A DNA stretch of 64,000 nt from an uncultured Elusimicrobia bacterium. GTDB taxonomy: Bacteria > Elusimicrobiota > Elusimicrobia > UBA1565 > UBA9628. Under the pieces are notes generated by a model. That model was not told the origin of the DNA and made no database searches. It saw only the letters and a list, made by a program, of their open reading frames with translations. The stretch spans positions 1,086,378 through 1,150,377 of the forward strand of contig CBDIQC010000001.1 in NCBI GenBank assembly GCA_965283875.1. The letters run 5' to 3'. Shown here piece after piece: positions 1-8,923 of this stretch; within the stretch, counting starts at the first letter, position 1, and the number at the start of each line of letters is the position of its first letter. Position numbers and translations under genes: made by a program.

Positions 1-161
1 CCCAGGTGGTCTCGCCCAACGGCTCGCTCCTGACCCGCCTCGGCCACGACGCCCCGGCGACGGCCGTGGTCACCGTGGACGCCTGGACCGCCAAGAACAA
101 GAAGGTCCATCCGGCTTGCGACCTGTTCCAGGACCGCCGTCCCAAGCTTTATGCCCGCTAA
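1..161 (+). CDS. 3' end of an upstream gene (partial, start outside window); C-terminus resembles carbon-nitrogen hydrolase family (ends ...FQDRRPKLYAR*)
   Basis: Open frame from window edge to TAA at 159-161; C-terminal RRPxLY-type ending typical of nitrilase/CN-hydrolase superfamily; overlaps next start by 11 nt. Confidence 0.35.
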   Translation, partial: QVVSPNGSLLTRLGHDAPATAVVTVDAWTAKNKKVHPACDLFQDRRPKLYAR

Positions 162-624
162 GAAGCCCTCCCTGCCGGCCAAGGCGGTCCGCGAATCCGT
201 TTCAGACGTGGCGGACCTGATGTTCCCGCCCGACGCCAACATGCACGGCACCGTTTTCGGCGGCAAGGTCCTCCAGATGGTGGACAAGGCCGCCTCGGTG
301 TGCGCCATGCGCCACGCCGGCAAGCCGGTCGTCACCGTCGCCATGGAGCGCGTCGAGTTCCTCGTCCCCATCCGCGTCGGCACCTTTCTCATCGCCAACG
401 CCACGGTCAACCACGTGGGCCGCACCTCCATGGAGATCGGCGTCGAGGTTTACGCCGAGGACATGCCCGGCGGCAGCCGCGTGCACACCAACTCCTGCCT
501 GGTCACCATGGTCGCCGTGGACGACAACGGCCGCCCCTCACCCGTCCCGCCCCTCCTCGTGGAAACCCCCGAGGAAAAGGCCCGCTGGGCCGCCGCCGAA
601 GCCCGCCGCCAAGCCCGCCGCTGA
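151..624 (+). CDS. acyl-CoA thioesterase, hotdog fold (YciA-like)
   Basis: 157 aa ORF; motifs DANMHGTVFGGKVLQMVDKAA...VTVAMERVEFLVPIRVG typical of YciA/4HBT hotdog thioesterases. Confidence 0.8.
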   Translation: MPAKKPSLPAKAVRESVSDVADLMFPPDANMHGTVFGGKVLQMVDKAASVCAMRHAGKPVVTVAMERVEFLVPIRVGTFLIANATVNHVGRTSMEIGVEVYAEDMPGGSRVHTNSCLVTMVAVDDNGRPSPVPPLLVETPEEKARWAAAEARRQARR

Positions 625-759
625 CCTCGGACGCCCCCGTTTACCGGCGGGCCACCCCTGTCACCCCCGCCTGCCCCCCTCTTTGCCCCGCGCCACGGCG
701 CCAAACATCCCCCTCTAGAGGGTGGGAAAAATACCCCCTCAAACGCGAAAAGATGACAC

Positions 760-788
760 TTGACGGACGGTTGTTCCGTGATAAAATC
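760..788 (+). promoter_or_regulatory. putative sigma70-type promoter upstream of cspA (TTGACG - 14-15 nt spacer - GATAAAAT), about 75-nt leader
   Basis: ttgacg at 760-765 and gataaaat at 780-787 read directly; long 5'UTR is usual for csp genes. Confidence 0.3.
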
Positions 789-862
789 AAGGTGGCCCCG
801 TCGACGAGGATGGGGGGCTTCGCCGAGAAGCTCGTGTAAGTCGCATATAGAGGTGTTTACGC

Positions 863-1063
863 ATGCAAGGCAAAGTGAAGTGGTTCAACGATCAGAAGGG
901 ATACGGCTTCATCACTCCCGATGACGGCACCCCGGACGTTTTCGTCCATCACAGCGCGATTCAGGCGCAGGGTTTCCGCTCCCTCTCCGAGAACCAGGCG
1001 GTCCAGTTCGATCTTAACCAGACCGACAAGGGCCCGAAGGCTGCCAACGTCACCAAGCTCTAA
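863..1063 (+). CDS. cspA: cold-shock protein CspA family
   Basis: 66 aa; [21 protein letters not shown]...[12 protein letters not shown]1/RNP2 motifs. Confidence 0.95.
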   Translation: MQGKVKWFNDQKGYGFITPDDGTPDVFVHHSAIQAQGFRSLSENQAVQFDLNQTDKGPKAANVTKL

Positions 1064-1088
1064 GAGCTGACGTAGGGCCTCACAATGA

Positions 1089-1125
1089 CCCCCCGACCGG
1101 TACACCCGGTCGGGGGGTTTCATTT
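1089..1125 (+). terminator. rho-independent terminator after cspA
   Basis: perfect 12-bp stem ccccccgaccgg/ccggtcgggggg with loop tacac followed by tttcattt. Confidence 0.75.
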
Positions 1126-1167
1126 GGTCCTGGTAGGGCTTGGATTGCCCTGTTATGCTGTCCCTGT

Positions 1168-1518
1168 ATGCGTTATCTGGTGCTGGCCGCCGTCATTTTC
1201 TGCGCCGTCGGCTGCCGCCGCGACCCCATCGGCGCCGCCGACTTGGACCGCTTGGAGGCGTCGCTTGCCCTGACCCCGGCGCAGAGACCGGCCTGGCTGG
1301 CCTTCCGCAAAGAAGCCGAAGCCCTCAACGGCTCTCAAGCCGCCTGGCGGGTCCAACTCAGCGAAGCCCTATCCGGGGAGCGCTTCGATGCCTCGCGCGC
1401 TCACACCGCGGCCGATACCGCCCGAGAGGACGCCGGACGCCTCATCGAGGCCTGGCAGGAGCTGGACGCGACCTTAAGTCCGACTCAGAGGGCTGCCCTC
1501 AAGGACCTCGACCGCTGA
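1168..1518 (+). CDS. periplasmic lipoprotein with LTXXQ motifs (CpxP/Spy-like)
   Basis: signal peptide with lipobox AVGC; two L(T/S)PxQR motifs (LTPAQR, LSPTQR); helical. Confidence 0.5.
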   Translation: MRYLVLAAVIFCAVGCRRDPIGAADLDRLEASLALTPAQRPAWLAFRKEAEALNGSQAAWRVQLSEALSGERFDASRAHTAADTAREDAGRLIEAWQELDATLSPTQRAALKDLDR

Positions 1519-1530
1519 CCCGCGCCGCGT

Positions 1531-1749
1531 TCACGGCTTCGTCGATTGGCCGCTGCGCGGGTCGTGGCGCCAGCCAATCAGGCTGAGCGCCGTCATCAAA
1601 ACGGCCACGAGGCTGAATCGGTTGAGGGCGGAGTTCGGCAGGCCGGCGCTCACGCGCACGCGGTGAAGGACGGTCGCGATGAGACCGGCGACGGCGAACA
1701 GGTTCATCCAGAACCTGGCGTAAGTCTTGTCGGCGCGTCTTGAGGTCAT
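1531..1749 (-). CDS. small membrane protein (72 aa), translationally coupled downstream of rmuC
   Basis: ATG at 1749 overlaps rmuC stop (ATGA); hydrophobic segments NLFAVAGLIATVL and FSLVAVLMTALSLIGW. Confidence 0.4.
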   Translation of the reverse strand: MTSRRADKTYARFWMNLFAVAGLIATVLHRVRVSAGLPNSALNRFSLVAVLMTALSLIGWRHDPRSGQSTKP

Positions 1750-2858
1750 CCCAGGTCGGCGGGGAGCTTGGGCGGCTCGGGCTGCTCTTCGCCTTTGCGG
1801 ACGCGGTCGATCTTCTGCACCGCGCCGTCCAGGCGTTTGAACGACTTCTGCTCGATGTCGTCGTAGAGCTCGCTGACCTTGGCGATCTTCTCGCCGAGGT
1901 CGGCGAAGCGGGCCTTGAAAGTGTCGTAGGTGGCCCCGAACTGGCCGATGAGCTTGAGCACTTCCTGGGTGGCCTGGGTGAAGTGGAAGTGGTCGAAGGC
2001 CTGGCGGACGACGCCGAGCACCGCGTAAAGCGTGAAGGGCGAGCACAACACCACCTTCTGGGCCAACGCCTCATCGCTGATGCCCGGAAAGCTCTCCTGG
2101 ATGTAGGCGTAAACCTGCTCGTTGGGGATGAACAGGAGCACGTAATCGAGCGTCCCCTCCTCGGGGCTGACGTAGCCGCGGGTGGTGACCTCCTTGATGC
2201 GGGCCTTCACGTCCTTCTCGAATTCCTTCTTGAAACGGAGCTTGTCTTCCGGTGTGACCGCGTGCGACAGGCGCAGCCAGTTGTCGAGCGGGAACTTCAC
2301 GTCCATGTTGAGCTTCTTGCTGTCGGGCAGCAGGAAGGTGAAGTCGGGACGCACGGTGGAGGTGTCGAGCGCGCGGTTCTTCTTGTACTGGATGCCCTCC
2401 TGGAGGCCGGACGCCCGCAGGATGTCCTCGGCCATGCGTTCGCCCCACTGGCCGCGGGCGCGCGAGTTGTCGAGCATGGAGCGCAGGCCCTCGGTCGAGG
2501 TCGCGAGCTTGGCGGTCTGGTCGGCGGCGTCTTTGAGCCCCTTCTCGAGCGAGCCGTATTTGGTCGCCCGGTCGGCCTCGAACTTGCGGACCAGCTCCTC
2601 GTAGTTCTTGAGGCGCTCGGACAGCTTCTCGACCGCGTTCTCGACGGCGACGCGTTTCTCGTCGAGGTCCCCCTTCTGCTTGACGCGCTCGGTCTCGAAC
2701 TTCTGCTCGGCCAGCTCGAGGAAGCGGCGGAAGTCCTCGGTCTGCTGCAAACGCGTCGCCTCCTGGTTCTTGGCGGAGGAGAAGAAAACGAGGTAGAAGA
2801 CGACGCCCGAGATGGCGGCGCCGGCGAGCACGGCGAGCACGACGGTGAGCGCGTTCAT
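1746..2858 (-). CDS. rmuC: DNA recombination protein RmuC
   Basis: N-terminal TM (MNALTVVLAVLAGAAISGVVFYLVF) then long coiled coil and conserved RmuC C-terminal region (LLFIPNEQVYAYIQE...VVLCSPFTLYAVLGVV); start chosen at MNAL (ATG 2858), longer ORF to 3116 rejected. Confidence 0.85.
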   Translation of the reverse strand: MNALTVVLAVLAGAAISGVVFYLVFFSSAKNQEATRLQQTEDFRRFLELAEQKFETERVKQKGDLDEKRVAVENAVEKLSERLKNYEELVRKFEADRATKYGSLEKGLKDAADQTAKLATSTEGLRSMLDNSRARGQWGERMAEDILRASGLQEGIQYKKNRALDTSTVRPDFTFLLPDSKKLNMDVKFPLDNWLRLSHAVTPEDKLRFKKEFEKDVKARIKEVTTRGYVSPEEGTLDYVLLFIPNEQVYAYIQESFPGISDEALAQKVVLCSPFTLYAVLGVVRQAFDHFHFTQATQEVLKLIGQFGATYDTFKARFADLGEKIAKVSELYDDIEQKSFKRLDGAVQKIDRVRKGEEQPEPPKLPADLG

Positions 2859-3379
2859 TTCTTCTTGCGGGACAGGATGCGGACGGTCTCGAGGTCGATC
2901 ACCTCGTCCTTGCAGGTCTTGCCCGTCTCGATGTAGAGCTTCAGCTTGGCGACGCAGTCCTCCCAAGCCCGCGCGTAGCGGTCGTAGTGGCCGTCGGCCG
3001 CGGCCGGGAAACCCGCGTGCAGGAGCGACACCTCGCAGCTCTTCAGCCGCGGGTTGATAAAAAAGGAGGAGAGCGGCGGCACGTCCTTCTCGCCGCGGAC
3101 CGGCTTCCACATCCACGCGACCTTGCGGCCGGGCTCGAGATCCACGAAGAACCCCTCGCGCTCCCCGAAGCCCGACGCGGGCTTGGTCTTAGGCCAGACC
3201 AAGCGCAGGCGTCCGGCGTTGCGCGCGTCGGTCTCGGCGCCCAGCAGCCACCAGCGCGTCAGCTCGCGCGCGGACGTCAGCGCGGCATAGACGCGTTCGG
3301 GCGCGGCTTTCAGCGGCACCTCGTAGCGGATGTCGCGCGTCGCGCCCCGGCGGGGACGGGTGGTATCGGCGGGGGCCAT
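2855..3379 (-). CDS. SRPBCC-superfamily protein (AHSA1/Activator-of-Hsp90-ATPase-homolog-like domain)
   Basis: 174 aa; IRYEVPLKAAPERVYAALTSARELTRWW pattern typical of AHSA1/SRPBCC; ATGA overlap with rmuC start. Confidence 0.65.
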   Translation of the reverse strand: MAPADTTRPRRGATRDIRYEVPLKAAPERVYAALTSARELTRWWLLGAETDARNAGRLRLVWPKTKPASGFGEREGFFVDLEPGRKVAWMWKPVRGEKDVPPLSSFFINPRLKSCEVSLLHAGFPAAADGHYDRYARAWEDCVAKLKLYIETGKTCKDEVIDLETVRILSRKKK

Positions 3380-3421
3380 CGCCGTCTAGTTTAGCACGCG
3401 ACCGCGACCGCGGCCAGGGGG

Positions 3422-4117
3422 TCAGTTATCGACGGCCGAGCCGCTTTTGCCCGGTCCCGGCAGGCGGATCTTGCGGCCGCCCGGGCCGCGCGTGATGGGC
3501 AGGAAGGAGCTGACGAGCTGGTTGAAGTTCTCGTCGTACTTGTTATAACCGCCGCGCGTCGCGGGATAGGTCAACACGTAGAAACCCTCGCCCATGGGGA
3601 CGACGACGTAGGCGTGCTGGCGCACGTTGTAGGTGATGCCCGCCTCCTCGTCCACCTCGACGCCGTTGCGCGTCGCGGCCGGAACGGGAATGCGCGACAG
3701 CACCACGAACAGGCGCGCCTTGAGACCCGACTGGCGCAGATCGATGTCCTTGAGCGGGGTCTTGAACTCGTATTCCGGGCCGTAGATCTCGTTGAGCGTG
3801 CGCTTGATGAAGTCGTCGGCGCTCGCGTACGACTCGAGGCGACCGTCGCGCATCATGCGGGGCCAGAAATTGCGGTACCAGCGCACGCTCATGCTCGGCA
3901 CGCCCAGATAGAAGGAAGGATCGAAAGGTCCGACGAAATTGACGTGGGCGAAGGCCGTGCCGTCGCCTTCCTGGTCGGTGATGACCTGCCAGCCCCAGGG
4001 CACGGCGGCCGTGAAGTCACCGTTGACCGCGCGATAGGAGACGTATTTCGGAGGGGTGCAGCCGGCGGCCAGCAGGCAGGCCGCCGCGACGAGGGTGAGG
4101 GCGCGATTTTTAAGCAT
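3422..4117 (-). CDS. hypothetical lipoprotein
   Basis: start taken at MLKNRALTLVAAACLLAAGC (lipobox); no recognisable catalytic motif. Confidence 0.5.
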   Translation of the reverse strand: MLKNRALTLVAAACLLAAGCTPPKYVSYRAVNGDFTAAVPWGWQVITDQEGDGTAFAHVNFVGPFDPSFYLGVPSMSVRWYRNFWPRMMRDGRLESYASADDFIKRTLNEIYGPEYEFKTPLKDIDLRQSGLKARLFVVLSRIPVPAATRNGVEVDEEAGITYNVRQHAYVVVPMGEGFYVLTYPATRGGYNKYDENFNQLVSSFLPITRGPGGRKIRLPGPGKSGSAVDN

Positions 4118-4160
4118 CAGCGAGACCGGAGTATAACAGGACTCGGGGGCTTTGTCCATG

Positions 4161-6029
4161 TCACGGCTCCCGCGCCGCGTCGGCGAGCGCCGCGAGGCGG
4201 GCCGCGATACGTTTGGCTTCGCCCGGCTCGACGGCCGCGAGCAGCCGCTCGAGGATGGCGGCCTCCGACGCGGCCTCGCGCCGGCGGCGGGCCTCGCGCG
4301 CGGCGCGGCGCAACGCGGCGGCGCCGTCCGAGGCGCGGCCCAACGCCTGCAGCACCGCGCCGTGCATGGCCAATATCTCCGGGTCGCGGCCTCGCCCGAG
4401 ACGCTCGCTCGCCTGCCCCAGCAGCCACTCAGCCTTGTCTTTGAGGCCGAGCCGATGCAGCACGTACGCCTTCCAAATCAGCGGCTGCACCGCCGCGGGA
4501 ACCGACACCATCCACGCGTCGAGCTCCTCGAGCACCTTGGCCGCGCGGCGCGGATCGGCGATGGCGGCGTCGAGCGTCTCGGGCCAGAGCCGGTTGGGCG
4601 CGACGAGGCGCGGCGGCGTCTGGTTGAAGAGCACCGCGTTGGGACCGTCGCGTTTGACGTACACGAGCGCGTCGTCGTCGGCGAACGCCAGGCGCCAGGC
4701 CGGGTCCGCGTCGAGCGGCGACGCCGGCGCGCCCGCGCGACGGTTGGGCAGGACGGCGTAATCGAAGCGATAGATGCCGTCGAGATGCGCCCAAAGCCGC
4801 GGCCAATCGCGCGCGTCGCGCAGGAACTGGGCGGTATAAAGGCCCGCGCGCCCGTCCGTGAACACCGGCCGGTCGGTCAGACCGATGAGCTCCGCGCCCA
4901 GCTCCGGCGGGTTGAACAACCGGCCCGCCACGCCAGACGATTTCAGGTAATGAGCCGCGCCCTCGAGCACCGGGGCGCCGTAGCCCCGAGCATAGGACAG
5001 CGGCGCGACCGCGACGCGGTGCACCACGAGCAGGGCGAACGCGAGCACCGACCAACGCAGGACCCGCGGCCAGGTGTCGTCGCGCGGCCGCAGAACGTGG
5101 CCCAAGGCGAGCGCGATGACCGGGCAGGCCGCCAGTACGGCCAGCGGCCGCAAGGCGGGCAACGCGAAGGACAAGGCGATGCAGGTCGCCGCGATGAGGG
5201 TGGTCACGAATTCCTGCTGCAGCGTCATCCAGCAGGCGGCCAGCCCTCCGAGCGCGAAAAGTGTCCACAACGAGAGCCACGAGGCCGTCCACCCGCCGAG
5301 GAACGGCACCCCGTCGGAGAACGTGCGCCCGAGCAATCCCCAGCCGTGAGGGTTCCACGACAAGGCGAGCACGGCGACGATGGCCAACACCCAGTAGCCC
5401 GCGCGCTCCCTCGCGGCCGTGCGCAGGGACGCCTTGAACGCCTTCAGGCCCACGAACCACACCGCGAGGATGGCCGAGGAGCCGTGCAGGTTCGCCCAAA
5501 GCGCGGTGAGCAGGGCGGCCGTCGCCGCGTCCTTCCAGCGGAAACGGGTGCGCGGCCGAAGCAGGCGGATGAACAGGGCGGTAAATAGCAGGTCGAAGAC
5601 GGCGGGGGTCTCAGTGAAGCCCGGCCATGCCGCGCAGGCGCCCAAGGCCAGCAAGGTCGCGGCCGCCAGCGGGCTGCCGTGGTTGACCGGCAGCAGCAGC
5701 GCGAAGGCGAACGCCAGCACCACGCTCTTGAGGACGAACAGCGCGCGCCGGCCGCCGGCCTGCTCGGTTTTGGCCATGACGACGTCGGCCAGCCAGGAGT
5801 CCGTGCTCCAGCGCGCGCCCGAAACGCCGGCGGAGAACGGGTCCGTGCCGGGCAGCGCGCCCTCGGCGACGATGCGTTGGCCGGTCTTGAGGTGCAGCCA
5901 GGTCCGCGGCTCGTGCGCCGATCGCAGCCCGAGCAGCAGGACGAAGACGAACAGGAGGACCGATAACGGCCAATGCGGGTGGTGCGGCTTCTCATGCGCG
6001 TGCGCCGGCGCGCGGCCGTGGGCCTTCAT
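4161..6029 (-). CDS. polytopic membrane protein with C-terminal TPR-like helical domain (possibly ArnT/PMT-like glycosyltransferase fold)
   Basis: about 10 predicted TM helices then Ala/Arg-rich TPR-like tail; start at MKAHGRA (ATG 6029), upstream extension is low-complexity and overlaps divergent acd promoter region. Confidence 0.5.
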   Translation of the reverse strand: MKAHGRAPAHAHEKPHHPHWPLSVLLFVFVLLLGLRSAHEPRTWLHLKTGQRIVAEGALPGTDPFSAGVSGARWSTDSWLADVVMAKTEQAGGRRALFVLKSVVLAFAFALLLPVNHGSPLAAATLLALGACAAWPGFTETPAVFDLLFTALFIRLLRPRTRFRWKDAATAALLTALWANLHGSSAILAVWFVGLKAFKASLRTAARERAGYWVLAIVAVLALSWNPHGWGLLGRTFSDGVPFLGGWTASWLSLWTLFALGGLAACWMTLQQEFVTTLIAATCIALSFALPALRPLAVLAACPVIALALGHVLRPRDDTWPRVLRWSVLAFALLVVHRVAVAPLSYARGYGAPVLEGAAHYLKSSGVAGRLFNPPELGAELIGLTDRPVFTDGRAGLYTAQFLRDARDWPRLWAHLDGIYRFDYAVLPNRRAGAPASPLDADPAWRLAFADDDALVYVKRDGPNAVLFNQTPPRLVAPNRLWPETLDAAIADPRRAAKVLEELDAWMVSVPAAVQPLIWKAYVLHRLGLKDKAEWLLGQASERLGRGRDPEILAMHGAVLQALGRASDGAAALRRAAREARRRREAASEAAILERLLAAVEPGEAKRIAARLAALADAAREP

Positions 6030-6105
6030 TGGCCCGAATTCTACCAATAAGAGGAAGGCTCCTCGGCCCCGGAAAACGCTAGAATCGGCGGACAACGGAG
6101 AACCC

Positions 6106-7257
6106 ATGGATTTCGAACCCACTGACGAGCAGAAAACCATCCGCGACACGGTCCGCAAGTTCGCGGAGGCCAAGATCAAGCCCGCCGCCCACGAACTCGA
6201 CGAGAAGGAGGAGTTCTCCGCGGAGCTGACGCGCGGCATGGGCGAGCTGGGCATCTTCGGCATCATCGTGCCCGAGGAGTTCGGCGGCCAGGGCCTGAAA
6301 TACGCCGAATACTGCATCGCCGTCGAGGAGCTCGCGCGCGTGGACGGCTCGCACGCGGCGACCGTCGCGGCGGGCGTGTCGCTGGGCATCGCGCCCATCC
6401 TCTACTTCGGCAGCGACGAGCAGAAGAAGAAGTACCTCCCCCGCCTCGCGGCCGGCGAGGGGCTGTTCGCCTTCGGCCTCACCGAGCCCGGGGCCGGCTC
6501 CGACTCGCGCGGCTCCAAAACGACCGCGGTCGAGAACGCGGACGGCAGCTGGACCATCGACGGCGCCAAGATCTTCATCACCAACGGCTCGACCGAGATG
6601 ACCGACGGCGTCATCGTGCAGGCCGTCAGCGGCCGCAACGAATCCGGCGACCCGGAGTTCACCTGCTTCATCGTGCCCAAGGGCACGAAAGGCTTCTCGA
6701 CCAAGACGATGCACAAGAAGCTGATGTGGCGCGCCTCCAACACCGCGGAGCTCTACTTCGACAAGGTGAAGGTGCCCGCGTCGAACATGCTCGGCAAACG
6801 CGGCGCGGGCTCGCGCCAGATGCTCAAGACGCTCGACGCCGGCCGCCTATCCATCGCGGCCATGGGCCTGGGCTGCGCGCAAGGCGCTTACGAAGCGGCG
6901 CTCGCCTACGCCCAGCAGCGCCAGCAGTTCGGCAAACCCCTCTCGCGCTTCCAGGCCATCGCCTTCAAGCTCGCCGACATGGCGCTCAAGATCGAACACG
7001 CCCGCGTGTTCCTCGCCAAGGCCTGCTGGCTGCGCGACAACGGCAAACCCTTCGGCAAGGAATCGGCCATGGCCAAGCTGTACTGCTCCGAGGTGGCCCA
7101 AGAGGTCGCCAACGAGGCGGTGCAAATCCACGGCGGCTACGGCCTCATGAAGGAGTTCGACGTCGAGCGCTTCTACCGGGACCAGCGCCTGCTCCAGATC
7201 GGCGAAGGCACCTCGGAGATCCAGCGCCTCGTCATCAGCCGCGCCATCGGCTGCTGA
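6106..7257 (+). CDS. acyl-CoA dehydrogenase
   Basis: 383 aa; TEPGAGSD, GxKxFITNG, and C-terminal QIHGGYG...YRDQRLLQIGEGTSEIQR motifs; start at MDFEPTDEQK (ATG 6106), not the 5419 track start. Confidence 0.9.
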   Translation: MDFEPTDEQKTIRDTVRKFAEAKIKPAAHELDEKEEFSAELTRGMGELGIFGIIVPEEFGGQGLKYAEYCIAVEELARVDGSHAATVAAGVSLGIAPILYFGSDEQKKKYLPRLAAGEGLFAFGLTEPGAGSDSRGSKTTAVENADGSWTIDGAKIFITNGSTEMTDGVIVQAVSGRNESGDPEFTCFIVPKGTKGFSTKTMHKKLMWRASNTAELYFDKVKVPASNMLGKRGAGSRQMLKTLDAGRLSIAAMGLGCAQGAYEAALAYAQQRQQFGKPLSRFQAIAFKLADMALKIEHARVFLAKACWLRDNGKPFGKESAMAKLYCSEVAQEVANEAVQIHGGYGLMKEFDVERFYRDQRLLQIGEGTSEIQRLVISRAIGC

Positions 7258-7267
7258 CCGACGGGCG

Positions 7268-8923
7268 TCAGTCCGCGTCGGCCGCGCGTTCGGCGAGGCG
7301 CCGGCGCACGAAGACGACGAGAAGCGCCGTGAGCCCGGCCATGAAGGCGCCCAACAGGAATCGGCGCAGGCCGCCGCCATCGTCCGGCGCGGGAAGCTCG
7401 GCGGGCATCTGCCGCATGCGGACCACGTCGCTCTGGCGGGCCCCGGGCTCGACGGCGGCGCCTTCCGCGCCCGGCGCGGCGCGTTCCACGCCGTAATCCA
7501 GGGTCGATTCGTAGTCGCGCGCCGAAGAGCCGGCATCCGCCGCGCCGCCGGCGCCGTTATCGCCGCCTGCGCCCAGCGCCCCCGATAACGCCTCGAGCAA
7601 AGCGCCCAAGCGGCTCTTCTTGCCGCCGCCGGCCGCGGGTTTACGGCTCGCCTCCTCCTCCGCGAGCTTCTTCTGGAACTCCTCGTCCTCCTTCTGCAGG
7701 CGGTCCCAGAACTCCTGGCCTCGTTTCGCGCGGGGCTTCTCTTCCTTCTTCGCCGTCTCCGCGCCGCCCGCGGCCAGCCGCTTCGTCGCGTCGAGCGACA
7801 TGTTCTTGAGGTCCTCGGGCGCCACGTAGCGGCCCTTGGAATACGAGCCCTGCGTCGCGTTGGGATTGCAGTTGCCGTCGAGGCGGCCGCATGTGCGGCT
7901 CCATTGGAAGTCGCGGACCTCCGGCGTCGCGGTGACGTCCCTAAACGTGCTGGCGCGCAGCTCGGGTTTGGTCGCGTAATGCGAGCGCAGCTCCTGGAAC
8001 TTGTCGCGCGGCAGAACCTGATGGAAATCCGGGCGCTGCATCTGCGCCAGCGGCTCGCGCCCGAGCCGGCTCTGGAGCTCGGCCACCTCCGCCGCCGAGG
8101 CCGGGGAGCCGTCCTTGCGCAGCACGGCCGCGCGCCCGCCGGCGCCTTCCCCCACCTTCAGCCCCATGTCGCGAAACGGCTGGCCCAGGCCGCCCGACTG
8201 AGCCACCTGCAGGTCGGACATACTCATGGCGGCGCCCAGGCCGCCCGTCGCTCCGCCCATGGACGCCCCGCCGCGCGAGCTGCCCGAGCCCGATGAGCCG
8301 CTAAAGCCTGACGAGCCGGCGCCGGATGAGCCCGAGCCCGAAGAGCCGACGCCCCCCGAGCCCCCTTCGCGCGGCCGGAACAGCCGCTGGATCATGCCCG
8401 TGAGACCACGCACCGAGCGTTCGGCGCGCTCCTGTCCCTCGGGCGCGATTCGAGTCGTATCAACGCGTTCGGCCGTATCACGCGCCGCTCTTTCGCCGGC
8501 GACCGCGGCCTCGGCCTGCGCGCGCGCGATGAAAGCATCGGTCGTTTCGCCATCCTGCCTGATTATCGGCGACACCAACGGAAGCGCCGCCGGCTCGGCG
8601 AGTTCACGCACAGTCGGACGTTCAATCGTCTCCACCAAAGGCACCAAAGGCGCTACCGTGAGTTGTGGCGCCGGGTTCTCTTTCGGCGTGACCGCCCGGT
8701 CTCTCGACGGCACGGGAATAAGCGGCAGGCCGCGTGCGGCCCGCTCGACGTTTTGACGCGCCACGTTTTCTTCATAAGACCGCCTCGTGAGATACCCCGC
8801 CACCTCGCTGTCGGACGGTACCGGCCGAAGCTCCCGGTTCTTTAGCCACTGCTCGATGTATGCATCGTCCGCGGCGCCGGCGCTTAGCGCCGTCAGCAGG
8901 GCTAGTCCGGCCAAGAAGTTCAC
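7268..8923 (-). CDS. secreted, C-terminally membrane-anchored protein, paralog A of tandem pair
   Basis: N-terminal signal peptide, Gly/Ser low-complexity linker, conserved 2-Cys domain (WSRTCGRLDGNCNPNATQG), C-terminal TM (LLGAFMAGLTALLVVFV). Confidence 0.6.
   Translation of the reverse strand: MNFLAGLALLTALSAGAADDAYIEQWLKNRELRPVPSDSEVAGYLTRRSYEENVARQNVERAARGLPLIPVPSRDRAVTPKENPAPQLTVAPLVPLVETIERPTVRELAEPAALPLVSPIIRQDGETTDAFIARAQAEAAVAGERAARDTAERVDTTRIAPEGQERAERSVRGLTGMIQRLFRPREGGSGGVGSSGSGSSGAGSSGFSGSSGSGSSRGGASMGGATGGLGAAMSMSDLQVAQSGGLGQPFRDMGLKVGEGAGGRAAVLRKDGSPASAAEVAELQSRLGREPLAQMQRPDFHQVLPRDKFQELRSHYATKPELRASTFRDVTATPEVRDFQWSRTCGRLDGNCNPNATQGSYSKGRYVAPEDLKNMSLDATKRLAAGGAETAKKEEKPRAKRGQEFWDRLQKEDEEFQKKLAEEEASRKPAAGGGKKSRLGALLEALSGALGAGGDNGAGGAADAGSSARDYESTLDYGVERAAPGAEGAAVEPGARQSDVVRMRQMPAELPAPDDGGGLRRFLLGAFMAGLTALLVVFVRRRLAERAADAD

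Noticed and set aside
1085-1273. 62-aa ORF after cspA
   Set aside because: Overlaps the cspA terminator hairpin and the start of the better-supported lipoprotein ORF in another frame.
4152-5588. 478-aa and 356-aa ORFs overlapping the membrane/TPR gene
   Set aside because: Alternative-frame or antisense ORFs with Arg/Gly-rich nonsense. The 4161..6029 minus frame has clear TM helices.
5419-6105. N-terminal 229-aa extension of the acyl-CoA dehydrogenase ORF
   Set aside because: The extension overlaps the divergent membrane-protein gene and is low complexity. The conserved ACAD N-terminus starts at MDFEPTDEQK (6106).
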